64,000 nucleotides of DNA from Prasinococcaceae sp. CCMP 1430 (Eukaryota > Plantae > Prasinodermophyta). The stretch is from the NCBI GenBank assembly GCA_013416795.1, contig RQSC01000022.1, positions 157,712-221,711 on the forward strand, given 5' to 3'. The notes below the pieces were generated by a model. It ran no database searches. It worked only from the letters and a program-made list of their open reading frames with translations, and was not told where the DNA came from. Position numbers and translations under genes: made by a program. Positions 10,100 through 22,898 of the stretch are shown here, one piece after another (the stretch's first letter is position 1; every line of letters begins with the position of its first letter).

Positions 10100-10818
10100 C
10101 GAACACGCACCATCTTGAACGTGAAGGTCACCGGCTTGGCGGCGGCACGGAGCACCAGCGACTCCGCGAGCGACTCGGTGAGGCGCTGCGTGTCGCCCCC
10201 TCGCAGCGCGGGCACGCGCCTGGTGGACGGCGTCAGGGCCACCGCACGTGCTGCACGCGCGCATACGCGCGCGCTCGAACGCGTTGGCGTATCAACGCGT
10301 GCGGGCGCACGCACCTCTGCAGCCCCGCCATCATCCCAGTGGCCTTTCCCATCGCAGCATTAAACGCCTTGTCCGCGGCCTTCTTCGCAGCGCCGCCCGC
10401 CTTGGCCGCACCCGCGGTCTCGCTCGCAGCTGGGCCCGCGGCCGTCGCGCCTGAGCGCGCGTGGCCATGAGCGCGAGCGCGAACGCACGCGTGAGCAAGA
10501 GCGCGTGTGCGAACAAGCGCGCACATGAGCGTGAGCACATGCGTGCGCCTGCTGCGCGCACGCGGCGCCTCTGCATGCTCAGCGGCGCAGCGCGCGGGCT
10601 TGAAAACAGGCACGCGCGTCCCGCAGATACGCACCTCGCACGCCGCGCGTTGCTGCGCCGACGCCGCCCGCGACGAGCCTGGCCGGCCGCGCGTAGTAGC
10701 ACCCCGTCCACGCGGCGCCGGCGATGGCCAGCGCGAGAGCCTCGTGGAACGCCAGTGCCATCGGAAAGTCGGCCGCCTCGATGTCGTGCTCAGCGAGCCA
10801 GTCCTTGACGCGCCCCAT
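10100..10818 (-). CDS. Hypothetical membrane protein (multi-exon; 3' end uncertain)
   Basis: Exons MGRVKDWLAEHDIEAADFPMALAFHEALALAIAGAAWTGCYY..., KAADKAFNAAMGKATG and RLTESLAESLVLRAAAKPVTFTFKM, with strong GC3 bias. Confidence 0.55.
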
Positions 10819-11181
10819 CGCGGCGGCTGGCCCGCGCGGGCGCGCGCGAGAGGGAGGGGGACGGACAGGGAGGGAGGGTGCGAGCGCCGCCGCCGCAAGA
10901 AGCACTCCCGCCAACGCCTCGCGAGCCGCGAGCGCCTTCACACCCCCACCGGGCCGCGCGTGAGGCGTGCGCTGTGGCGCGCGCTCCGCCCCCCTCCCCA
11001 CCCCCCCCCCGGCATGCTCGCCCGCGCGCGACCAAAAAAACATTATCCAAATCTTTTCTATGGAAACTACGCCGAAATTCGGGACGTAAAAAAAGCCGGC
11101 GGCTGTGGGGCGCCACAGGGGTGCGGCGCGGCGAGGGGGTGGGCGCGCGTGCCCCACCCCCCGCCCCCCGGCGCGCCGGCC

Positions 11182-12989
11182 ATGCCCATCCGCCGGCGTC
11201 GTCCCGGCGACGACGGCGAGCCGCTCGCGCGGGCGTCCGACTACGTGCGCTGCGGCGCGCTGCGGCTAGTGCGGCCGTACGCGTTCGACTTCAACTGCAA
11301 CGTGAAGGTGCGGCCGCAGACGCAGCCCGCGCACCGCGCTGTGCCGCTGGCGCTCACCGTTCGTTGGCCTTCGTGGCGGTTGTCGCCGCCGAGTGGGTCG
11401 CCGGCGCTCGGGCAGGCGGCGCTCCTTGTCTTGCGCGCGGAACTCGCGCTCAGCCGAGTAGTATCGCAGCCTCGCGCGCTGACGCGCCCGCCGGCGCGCC
11501 GCGCAGGCGCGCTGGGCGGGCAAGACGCTGCTGGACATCTTCGCGAACGAGTTCCCGCACCGCGGCCGCGCGTACTACGAGGCGGCCATCGCGGACGGCC
11601 GGCTGACTGCCAACGGCGAGGAGAGGTCCGACGCGGCCCGCGTGATGACCGGCGGCGACTGGGCGACGCACGTCATACACAGGCACGAGCCGCCCGTGCT
11701 GTGGACGGGCGGGCCGCCGGGCTCGGGCGCGCACGACTACGCGAGCGTGGGGGCGAGCGACGGCGGAAGCGCGGGGAAGCAGCTCCCCCTGGCGGAGGCG
11801 CTGGGCCTCAGCGTGGTGGACGCGGACGCGCCGCACGCCGTGGAGATCGTTGCGGAGACCGACAACCTCGTCGTCGTATGCAAGCCCGCCTCGCTGCCCG
11901 TGCATCCGTGTGGGCAGTACCGCAAAAACAGCGTGCTCGCGCTGCTCGAGGCGGAGCGCGGCGAGGCGTACGCCCGCCTCGCGCCGCTGCACAGACTCGA
12001 CAGGCTCGTCTCTGGCGTGCTATTGCTCAGCAGGGACCCGAAGACCTCGAACACCATGCGGCAGGCCATCGAGGGCGGGCGCGTGCGAAAGACGTACCTC
12101 GCGCGGGTGCGGGGCGTCTTCCCGGAGGGCGAGGTGCACGTCGACGCGGCCATATCACACGACGCCACGACGCAGACCAGCGCCATCACGGGCGGGGAGG
12201 CGCGCGCGTGGGGTGCGGGGGCGCGGGAAGGCGGTGGGGGCGATGGCGGGAGCGGCGGGGTGCTACTGGTGGCGCGAGAGGGCCCACGCGGGACGGGTGC
12301 GATTTCAAGCATGAACAAGGAGGACAGGAAGGCCGCGCAGCGCGGCGAGCGCGCCGATGTCATCAAGGACGCCTACACCGTGTTCGTGCGCGTCGCCACC
12401 GACGGCGAGCACTCCATCGTCGAGTGCCGGCCTCGCACCGGGCGGACGCACCAGCTCCGAGTGCACCTGCAGTTCGTCGGGCACCCCATCGTCGCCGATC
12501 CGCTGTACGATTCCTGGGAGGGCGGGGGCGGTGGCGGCGGCGAGGCCACGCAGCGCCAGGCCTCCAAGCGGGCGCGCGTGGGCGACATCCCCGCCGCGCG
12601 CGCTCTGCGCCTGCCTCCGGAAGAGGTGGTCGCGACGTGCCCGCACTGCCCGGGGCTGCCGCCGCACGACTTCGAAATCGACGTGGTGCGTGCACGAGCG
12701 TGTGCGCCTGGCGCGCGTCAACCACGCCGACGGCGTGCACGCACGCATGCGCGCGCGCGCTGTGCGCGTGTGAGTGCCGCATGAAGACTTGCGCGCTGAC
12801 TGCTCTTTCTGCGGTCGTTCGCGTGCGTTGGGTCCGCACGCACGCAATGCGTGCACGCACGCGCACGCGCAGGTGCCGCTGCTGCTGCACGCGCTGCGCT
12901 ACGAGTGCGACGACGATGGCGGCTGGTCCTTCGAGACGAGGAGGCCGCCGTGGGCGGAGCTCAATGCCGGCAGTAAGACAACGACCTAA
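11182..12989 (+). CDS. RluA-family pseudouridine synthase (RPUSD2/Pus9-like), 3 exons
   Basis: RWAGKTLLDIFANEF, VVCKPASLPVHPCG, LHRLDRLVSG (catalytic Asp), KTYLARV, PRTGRTHQLRVHLQFVGHPIVADPLY, LHA. Confidence 0.92.
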
Positions 12990-13201
12990 TCAATTGCTCT
13001 CATCACGCGTTGCTTACTCCCGCGGCATTTCGGGGAGGCACTTACTAATGCAGCGTGCGGCTTCAGATCTCAAGATAGCTGATGTAGCGCCAGCGCGACG
13101 GCCAGCACGGCGGCGGCGCCGACGGCCGCGGCCGCGACGAGCTCGTAGCGGCGCAGTCCCCTGCGCTCCTTGTGCACGCGTGCGGCGTAGCCGTCGAGCG
13201 G

Positions 13202-14158
13202 CTACGCCGCAGCGCGCAGCAAATCGGCGCACTCGCCGTGGCCGTGTGACTCAGCAAAATCGAGCGCTGTCTTGCCGTTGACCGCAGCGATAGACGCATC
13301 AGCGCCCGCGTCGAGCAGCAATCGGATACAGTCGGTTTCGCCCTGGATGGCAGCTAAGATGAGTGCAGTCGCGCCGAGCACCTCGTCCACGCAGTCCGGG
13401 TCGGCGCCAGCTTCGAGCAGAACTCTGACGCAGCCATGATGCCCGGCACTAGCTGCGATGATCATTGGCGTCATTCCTCCATCTGTCTTCTTGTCCTTGT
13501 CGGCCCCCGCCTCCAGCAGCATGCGGACGCACTCGGTGTGGCCGTGCTGAGCGGCGGCGTGTGTCGGAGTCCATCCACTTTTGCCCCAAATTCCCGCGTG
13601 CTCCCCCTGAGGGAGGCTTGCCTTGTCCACATCGGCGCCCGCCTCCAGCAGGAGTCGGAGGCACTCCGGGTGCCCCTGGCCTGCAGCGAAGTGCACGGGA
13701 GTGAACCCTTGGCCGTTCGTCTTGCCCGTGTCGGCCCCTGCCTCGAGCAGCAGTCGAAGGCAGTTGGTATGGCCTTGATTGGCCGCCAGGAGCGCAGGAG
13801 TACACCCTTCGCGGTCTGTCTTGTCCACGTTTGCCCCCGCTTCGAGCAGCAGTAAAAGGCATTCAGGGTGCCCTTGACGCCCGCGAATTGCGGCAATACG
13901 AGGATCACCGCCTTTGACAGCAGCGTGCAACGGCCAGCCATCCGCCCCCTTCTCCGTGTCGGCGCCCGCCTCCAGCAGCACCCGCACGCAGTCCGCGTGG
14001 TCCTCGTACGCCGCCGCCCACAAGGCTGTCCCCCCAATGTCGGGGGCGAGCGCCTCGTCCTTGTCGGCACCCGCCGCGAGGAGCCGCCGGAGCGTCCGAG
14101 CGTCGCCCCTGCTCGCCGCGTCATAGACGTCGCCCTCGTGCACGCGCATGCCTGGCAT
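13202..14158 (-). CDS. Ankyrin-repeat protein (about 8 repeats)
   Basis: Repeated G-x-T-P-x-H-x-A-A-x-x-G-H-x-E-C-L-R-L-L-L-E-A-G-A-D units. Confidence 0.9.
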   Translation of the reverse strand: MPGMRVHEGDVYDAASRGDARTLRRLLAAGADKDEALAPDIGGTALWAAAYEDHADCVRVLLEAGADTEKGADGWPLHAAVKGGDPRIAAIRGRQGHPECLLLLLEAGANVDKTDREGCTPALLAANQGHTNCLRLLLEAGADTGKTNGQGFTPVHFAAGQGHPECLRLLLEAGADVDKASLPQGEHAGIWGKSGWTPTHAAAQHGHTECVRMLLEAGADKDKKTDGGMTPMIIAASAGHHGCVRVLLEAGADPDCVDEVLGATALILAAIQGETDCIRLLLDAGADASIAAVNGKTALDFAESHGHGECADLLRAAA

Positions 14159-14202
14159 GGAGACGAAGAGGGGGGAAGGTGGGGGGAGAAGGAGGGAAGA
14201 GG

Positions 14203-14490
14203 AGAAGAGGGAAGAGAGGCTGCCGAGAGCGCGAGCTGAGGATGGGGATGCACAGGAGGAGGGGGGGTGAGGAGGAGGAGGGCACAAGGGAGGAGGGAAG
14301 AGAGGCTGCAGAGAGCGCGAGCTGAGGATGGGGATGAAGACGGGGGGGGGGAGGAGGAGAAGGGCAGAAGGGAGGAGCGAAGAGTGTCTGCCGAGAGCGC
14401 GAGCTGAGGATTGGGATGAAGAGGGGGGGGGGGAGGAGGAGGGGAGAAGGGAGGAGGGAAGAGAGGCTGCCGAGAGCGGCGCTGAGGATA
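14203..14490. repeat. Four-copy minisatellite with core gaagagaggctgccgagagcgcgagctgaggat
   Basis: The core recurs near 14211, 14296, 14379 and 14458, separated by purine-rich spacers. Confidence 0.85.
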
Positions 14491-14699
14491 CGTAGGCTGG
14501 GGTGCGCGCGTCGCCGCCGGGTGTGTGTGCGCAGAGTGGCGCAGGCTCCGGCCGCTCGCGCCCTCGCGGCGTGGTTTTTTTTTTTTTTGCGGCGGCCGTC
14601 GATCGGCGGCGCGGCACAACAGCCGCGAGCGCGTGCTGCTCGCCTGTCAATCTCAAGGAAGTCCACGGACGTGACGTGCATGGGAGCATGCGGTGCGTG

Positions 14700-14709
14700 T
14701 GTGCGACAC

Positions 14710-14770
<61 letters not shown>

Positions 14771-14970
14771 TGTGTGTGTGTGTGTGTGTACACGTGTGTG
14801 TGTGTGTGTGGACGTGCGTGTGAGTGTGTGCACGTGTGTGTGTGTGTGTGTGGACGTTTGTGTCTGCGTGTGTGTGTGTGTGTGTGTGCGTGTGTGTATG
14901 TGTCTGCGTGTGTGTGTGTGTGCGCGTGTGTGTGCGTGTTTGACTGATTGATGGTGTGTGTGTGTGTTTG
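14700..14970. repeat. (TG)n microsatellite block, probably a 5'UTR intron of the ankyrin gene
   Basis: Long degenerate TG run; on the minus strand it precedes a candidate acceptor (gattgacag) near 14645. Confidence 0.7.
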
Positions 14971-15053
14971 TGCGATGAGATGAGATGCTTGCGCGCGTGG
15001 CATTGCTTGCGCCTGCGGCCTGCCCACGGGGGGGGACTGTCTAGCCAGGGGCG

Positions 15054-17405
15054 ATGCCGCCGCGTCCGCGCGCCTCCTCGGCGCGGGCGCGGGCGCCGCC
15101 CCTGGCGCCCGTGGCGCTCGCGGCGGTGCTGCTCGCGTGCGCCGCGGCGGCCACGGCCACAGCCGCCGCGAAGGCCGTTGGCAATGCGAGGGGCGCCAAC
15201 ATCCTCACCGCCAACAACAACGACAAGAACAACAACAACAACAACAATGCGGGGGGCGTCAACATCCTCACCGATCGCAAGAGCTACGTGGCGCCGCTGC
15301 TCGACAGGAAGACGTGCGCGAGGCTGGCGAACGAGCGCACGCCGCACAAGGGGCAGGAGGGGCACGACGACGAGCTCGCGCGGTACATCTCCGCGGCGTG
15401 GGCGGACGGCGGCGTGCTCGGCGCGGCGCGGCTCGCCGAGGCCACCGGGAGGACGTGCGGGGCGGAGAGCGACCCGGGGTCGCACAACCGCGGCCACTGG
15501 CTGGGCGCCTCCCTCTTCCTGCTGCACCCCCTGTCGGACTCCGACCCGGCGCTCGCGGCGGTGGACATGATGCGCGCGTCGGGCACGCGCCACCTGCACG
15601 GGTACAGCCACGGCCTGCTCAAGGGCGCGTACCTCGCCGCCGTGATGAGCGGCAAGGACGCCGGGAGCTACGTGTCGTCGATGCTCGCGGACGAGGCGGT
15701 CGCCGACGCGAGAGAGAGGAGCAGGCGCCTCGACGGCACCAACGTCACCGGCGGCACCTCCTTCCCCGCCCCCGAGGCCGCGCGCGCCGCCGCCGCCGCC
15801 GCGCTGCCCGCGGCGCGCGCGCGCCTGCACGCCGCGCGCAGCGCGCTGGACGCGGCGAGCTACGCGTCGCTCGAGAGCTGGCTCTCCGCCGTCGTCGCGG
15901 GGCAGATGTGCCGCGCGCTGGGCATCATACTCGTGGACATCATCGAGGAGGTGGGAGTGCGCGCGCGTGCGCGCGTGTCTGTGTCTATGCGTGTGTGAGT
16001 GTGTCTGCTTCTGTGCGTGTGTGTGTGTGTGTGTGTGAACTTGACAACGCGTGCCAGTGCGTGCGTGTGTGTGCGCGCGAGAAACATGCCCGCGCGTGCG
16101 AATGCACGTCCGAACCTCTGACGTTGCGCGCGAACGCACCTACGCACACACACACACACACGCCCGCGCGCCCATACACGTACGCGCAGGACTTCGCCAA
16201 GGGCGGGCCGCTGTCCTACGAGCTCGAGGCCGTCGAGCCGTACCGCATCGAGTCCGCGCTGGAGTCGATGCGCGCAGAGGCGTGGGGAAACTGCCTGCAC
16301 GCGGCGGGCCACCTCGCGTGGTGGGCGTCCATGCAGCCCGACGCACCGTGGCGCGCCCACGAGCAGGTAGGGCACGCGTGCGAGTGCACATGCGTGCATG
16401 TGCGTGTGCATGTGTGTGTGTGTGTGCGTGTTGGGCAGGAGTGTGTACTATACTGTACGCGTGTGAATGTGTGTTTGTGTGTGTAGGTGTGTAGGTGTTT
16501 GTGTGTGTGCGTATGTATGTGAACACGCGTGTGAATGTGTGTGCGTGGTGTGTTTGAGGGCCCTGACCGTCACTCGCTCCGCCTCGCCCCTGCGCTGCCT
16601 TTCTTTCCGGCGCTGTGTGATCACGACGCAGCTGAGTCTCGTGCAGGAGGAGGAGGAGGGAGCCTCCTCGGGAGAGTTTCCCACGCGCCCGCGCGCGCAG
16701 GCGTACGCGACCTGCGCGGCGATCTCCGCCTGGCCGCCGCCGAACGACGCGATCGCGCGCGCGCGCGCGCGCGACACGCCTCACACACGCGCGCGCGCGG
16801 GCAACGCGTCCGCGTTGCCGTGCGGCGACGCGATGACCGCCGCCGCGGGCGTGTCCTTCTGCCTGCACGGGGCGTTTCACCAGGCGCAGATGACATCGTA
16901 CGACTAGGACGCGCCACACACGCCTGCCTACTACGCGCGCGCGCACACACAAAATGCACAGACGCACAACCCACACGCACACGCACTCGCACGAATATGC
17001 GCGCGCGCGCGCGCACACACACACACACACACGCCTGAACGCGTGCCTGACGTGCTGGCGCCTCGCTGCACCCCGCCTATCGGTCGCTTCGCGCGCGCAG
17101 GGCTCCGTGGCCCGAGCCAAACACGCCCACGCTCAGCGGCGAGCTGTACACGCGCGTGGTCGCGCAGCTCAACGACCGCACGGCGGGGCTGCCGCGGGTC
17201 GCCGTGCGCGCAGAGGAGCTCCTGCGCGACGTGCCCCCGCCGCCGGCGGCGTGTATGTCTCCCCTCGCGCGGCGCACGGTGTCGTGGGGGTGCTTCGAGA
17301 GATGGTTCGGGTCCCACAGCAACAAAGGTACGGATGCGCTTGCGCATCCGCATGCACACGCGCGTACGCATGCATTTGCATGTGCGCACGCACACGCACA
17401 CACAA

Positions 17406-17450
<45 letters not shown>

Positions 17451-18029
17451 TGCACACACGCATGCCTGCCTGACTCTCTGGCACTTCACACCGCCCCGCT
17501 ACGTCCCTGCCTCTCAGTCCCATCTCCGGGCGAGGTGCTCCAGTCTCGCCATGCGGGCTCGCTGGGCATGGCCTTCGCCAAGACGAGGCGGCACACGTAC
17601 GACCGCACGTACTCCGACGCGACGTACGGGCTGTGGCTGTGGGAGGCGCTGACGCCCCGCGACCGCCTGGAGACCTACCTCCCCGCCGCCGCCGAGTGCG
17701 CCCAGCTCGCCGCCCTCCCCGCCGCGCGCGACAGCCACGCGGTGCGCATGGGGTGCTACATCGGCGCGGGCTTCGAGCAGACCAAGTGCGGGGCTGGCTT
17801 CGTGGGCGCCGCCGAGACGGTCGCGCGCAAGTACCATGGCCAGGTGTACGGCGGCCTGCCCTGCGAGCTCCGCCACCAAGTGCGTGCTTTCGCGCGCGTG
17901 TGTGTGTGCGTGTGTGTGTGTTGTGGATGCGTGCGTGCGTGTGCGCACGTGTGTGTGTGTGAGGTGTCTGTGTGATGTGTTGTGTGACGTGTGTGTGTGT
18001 GTGTGTGTTTGGGTGGTAGTGGTGGCGGG

Positions 18030-18060
<31 letters not shown>

Positions 18061-18258
18061 ATCTCGCCGCTGCTATTGCCCTCGCCCTGGCTGCGCGATT
18101 GCTTTGCATCACGATGATTGGCATACGCATTCCTGTGTGTATTTGTGCACACACGCGTATGTGTGCGTGTGCACCTGCAAAATGCGTCGGTACACCGCCG
18201 CCGAACAATGTTTCATATTGCCGAGCTGCTAACATTCGCGGCGCGCGCGCACGCACAC

Positions 18259-18296
<38 letters not shown>

Positions 18297-18709
18297 ACGC
18301 GCGCCTTCGCTCTCGCAGGGCATGGCGCCCTTCATCGCCGCCATGCTCGCCGCCGAGCAGGCGGCCGTCTCCGCGGCCTCCCGCGGAGCCGCGCCCGACT
18401 TCGCGTCCGTCTCCGTCTTGTGGCCCGGTGTCAGCAGCAACACCAACAACGCGTCGCACGCACACGCGCAGACGCACGCGCGCGCGGGCGCCGCGCCCGA
18501 CGCCGACTACTTCGCCGAGCTGCGAGCGCTGAGCGCGGCGTCGGTGGCCGCCGGCGGGCGCGACCATTACCACCTCGCGCTGCGCTCCATCGTGTACGGC
18601 GCCGTGGCGCGCTTCATGAAGTACAGGTGCGTGAAGATGTGTGCGTGAAGATGTGTGTGCGTGTGTGTGTGACTGTGTGTGTGTACGTGTGTGTGTGACT
18701 GTGTGTGTG

Positions 18710-18741
<32 letters not shown>

Positions 18742-19053
18742 CACGTGTGTGTGCTTGTGTGTGCGTGTGTGTGTGCGTGTGCTTGCGCGCGAGAGAACGG
18801 CTCTGACAACCCTGCACACGCGCGTGCACATGCGCACACGCACAGGAAGTGCCCCGACGCGACGACGCAGCTCTGCGCGCCGCTGAGGTCCGCGGCGATC
18901 TCCGCGGCGGTGCTGGGCGCGAGGACGGCGAGCGAGGCGGCGGCGCTGTGCGAGAGCATCACCAGGCGGGCGGTAAGGTACGACCCCGAGGCGATGGAGA
19001 TGGGCACCATCGGGGGGGTGCCCGCGGAGCTCAAGGCAACGTGCGGATGGTAA
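15054..19053 (+). CDS. Secreted His/Cys-motif protein of unknown function, about 7 exons
   Basis: Signal-like LAPVALAAVLLACAAAATATA, poly-Asn, then motifs SHNRGHWLG, HLHGYSHGLL, NCLHAAGH, FCLHGAFHQ, GCYIGAG. Exons are GC3-rich and separated by TG/CA introns. Confidence 0.7.
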
Positions 19054-19106
19054 ATGATCGTTGTTGTCGACACACACGCGCACCCCAGTGCGCGCTCTAT
19101 CAACGA

Positions 19107-19164
<58 letters not shown>

Positions 19165-19412
19165 CCACATACATTGATTACGCGTTTGTATTATTGGTGA
19201 CCGCGCCCACGCACCGCACGAGCACAGGCACGCACACACTCACTCCCCGCGTCGCAGCGAGAGCCTGCGCGCGAGCGCGGGGTCCTGCGCGGCGCCCTCG
19301 GCGCGCAGCGCGTCCGCCGCGGCGGGCTCCCCCGCGGCCGTCTCCCAGAAGTGGTACGCCGGCGGGTGCGAGCGCGGGGCGGCAGAGGCGGGCGCGGCCA
19401 ACGAGGGTAGAG

Positions 19413-19507
<95 letters not shown>

Positions 19508-21283
19508 CGTGTGTGTGTGTGTGTGTGTGTGCGTGTGTGTGTGTGTGCTTGTGCGTGTGCGTAAGCGTATGTCTGTGCAGTGTGCGTGTGCGTGCGTGTG
19601 TGCCTTCGTGCTAGCATGCACGCGCTCGCACGCGCACGCGCCTGCACACACCCGTGCGCAACGTCCCGAGCGTGCGCCTGCACGCTGGCACGCGCGCACA
19701 CACCGTACCACACGGCGGGACGACCGCTGTCTGCAGCGAGCGCTGCTGCCGACGCGCCCGCGCCGCGTTGCGCTGCGCTGCGCTCTGCGCCGTGTGACTC
19801 TGAGCTGTTACGTGCGCCCGTCGCCAACAGCCGCACGAGCCGTGCCACGCACCACAACAAAAAAACGGCGCTGAAAACGCAAACGGCGGATGTCAAAAAA
19901 ATGGATCTCGACCCGCTTCCACTTTCATACATATATCTGATAGTAATATCACATTTACCCACGGGCGCCTCTTCCTCGCGTACAAAAAAACTCAGAAACT
20001 CGGGCTGAAAAAGGTGTTACGGAAAGTGAAATTTTGGGGCTGGTGTAAAAAGGTTGTGGTGAAAATGAGTGATGGGATAAGAGGGGTGCGGGCGGGGGCG
20101 GCGTGCGGGCCGCGCTGCTCGCTCTCCCCCCCCTGCCCCCCCTTGCCCGTGCCACACCGCGCGCCGCGGCGGGGGCCGGCGGAGGGGAGGGGTGCGCGGA
20201 ACTGCTGGGCTTGTGATGGGGCTGGTGGTGCGAGTGGTGGCTGTGGGATAGGTGTGGAAGCGGATAGCCCATGGCATCAACGGCATTCGCGGCNGGGGGG
20301 GGGGAGCGCGCGCGTGTGGCGCGTGCGCGTGTGGCGCGCGCTTGGCTGCGGCTTGGGCACCTTATCCAAATCACGTAAACCCTGTTTTGAAATGAACCTA
20401 AATTCGGTGTTAACCCGGAGGCGGTCCTCGTCTTGCGAGTACGTAGGCCCGCGTGCAGAGCACCGGATCAACCGCGCGGTACGTACGAGCCCTCGGCGCC
20501 TTACGTCTGGGAGGATGTAGACCCGAGCAACAAAGTCGCAGGCGCGAAGCTCAAAGCGATGCGGCGCTCACCACATCGGCTCTACAACCGTGCGCAAGAT
20601 GCTCACGTGGGGCACCGATGCGGGCGTCAACTCCAAGCGCTTTCGTAGAGAGACGGTGAAGTTGTTCGTGATAGTCACCTGCGTCGGAGCTACTGCGGCC
20701 TCATGGACGCACCGCACGGCATAGCAAAGCACCAGCACAACAAAGGAGAGCGCATCACATCGCAACGCACCACAGCATGTGCGCATGAGTCATGGTGGTG
20801 GTGGGTCTCTGCGTGGTGCGGCACGAGCACGGGGTTACCCCTTCGGCCCCTCATCACTACACTCCACTCACATGGCATGAGCGCGCCATGGCGCGGCCGT
20901 GTGCTTGCGCCTTGCCGACGCGCTCGCGCCGAGAGCGTGGATCGCCTTCGGCGGTTGGTTGCCGCGCGCCGCATTCGAGCACGCGGCCATGGAAACGCAC
21001 CCGAAATGGCGACCACGAGGAGCCTTCCATTCCCGAGCGCGCGCCCGCCCAAAAATTGGGTCGCACGCTCCCCCTGATCATGTTAATGCGATTCGACTGC
21101 CGTAAAACATTGATCATTTCGAATGCGATTGCGATTGATCCCCGTGTAGAATGCAAAAAATCGTGCAAGCATTTTTCTGCTAAATTCGATAGTATGGCCT
21201 GACACACACACACACACACACACACAGACACATCACACACACACACTCATCACACACTTCACACACACACACATCGCACACAT

Positions 21284-21327
<44 letters not shown>

Positions 21328-21574
21328 CACAAACACACATACACACACACACACAAATGCGTGTGTGCACGCAGCCAGAAATATCTGCACAACAACACGA
21401 CCGCACCACCTCTTCGCGAAGAGTGACAGGTGGCGCGCCGCCCGCACACCGGCCGCCCGCACGGCGGCACGCCAGGGTACCCTTCCGTGCCCGCGCGGGG
21501 CCAATACCGCAGTGATGTGGCTGGGGAGTGATTTTTGATACGCTCGGGCGTGAGCGTGCCTGCGGGCGGGCGTG

Positions 21575-21645
<71 letters not shown>

Positions 21646-21662
21646 TCGTGTGTGCGTGTGTG

Positions 21663-21730
<68 letters not shown>

Positions 21731-21838
21731 NNNNNNNNNNNNNNNNNNNNNNNNNNNNNNNNNNNNNNNNNNNNNNNNNNNNNNNNNNNNNNNNNNNNNN
21801 NNNNNNNNNNNNNNNNNNNNNNNNNNNNNNNNNNNNNN

Positions 21839-22770
21839 CGTGCGGGCGCGCCGTGCGCCGCGCCTGCGCTCCACCGGCGGCGGTGACGGCGGGCCAAGGG
21901 CGCCGCCGGAGCCGACGGACGAGAAAGCTGGACAGGGCGCCACCGCGTACGGATGGAATAGCTCGCTGTTGCGTTCGCTGTTCGTGCGCCAGCTGGGCGT
22001 GGGCACTGTTGGTCTGGCACTCTCTGCACCCAAGCTCGGGCCGCTGCTTCTTGTGAGCACCAGCACAACGGGTGGGGGGCTCGTCAGCACGTTTTTCACC
22101 GCGCGGATGGCCATCGCGGCCGCGGCGGGCGCGGTGGTGTTGGTGGCGTTGGGGAGAGCGCTCGAATCCTCGTCCAACCCGACGCTTGCCAACATCGCGC
22201 GCGAGACGGAGATCTTCGTTCTCGCGCTTTTCGGCGAGCGCGCTCGCCCGCTTGCGGTGGGCGCCGTGGCGCTCCCGCTCGTCCTTTTCACCGGGCTCAC
22301 GGAGGAGATCGCATTCCGCGGGGTCATGTTTCCCTCGGTCGTGAACGCAGTCCCCCCCGCCGCCGGAGGCGCGGGGGTGCCGGGGCTCGTCGCGGGCGCA
22401 CTGGTCTCGTCGTTTTTCTTCGGGCTCGCACACTGGGGCGGCGATCGCACGACGGAGGGCGCGGCGCTCGTGGCGCTCGAGGCGAGCTACGGCCTCGTCC
22501 TCGCGGCCACGTACGTCCTCAGTGGCTACAATTTGCTTGCCCCTATCATCGCGCACGCCGTGTACGATTGGGAGGCCATCGTCTTTCCCCACCTGCGCGT
22601 GTGCGACCGCATCGCATACGCCCGCGCCGGTGCTGGTGGCGCCTACGGCGAGGAGGGCATCGTCACGCGCGAGGCGCTGCGGACGGCTGCGGCAGCGGGG
22701 CAGAGCATGGCGGACGTCATGCGCGTGCGCGCGGCATACCTCCTCATAGACACTGACCAGAACGGGGCGG
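21839..22770 (+). CDS. CPBP (CAAX protease/Abi) intramembrane metalloprotease; 5' end in a gap
   Basis: TGLTEEIAFRG, FFFGLAH and APIIAHAVYD motifs, with TM helices. Confidence 0.88.
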
Positions 22771-22898
22771 GCGCCTGCCGCCGGTGGCAAGCGCGCGGCG
22801 GCAGCGAAGGGCCGCGCGCCAGCGAGTGGCGGCGCGGCACGGCCGCCGACCAAGGATGGCGCCAGTCCCGGCGCCCGCGCGCACACACACACCAACAG

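Noticed and set aside
19240-19830. Possible minus-strand exons (PAYHFWETAAGEPAA..., GRPAVWYG)
   Set aside because: They look coding, but no start, family or consistent gene model could be supported.
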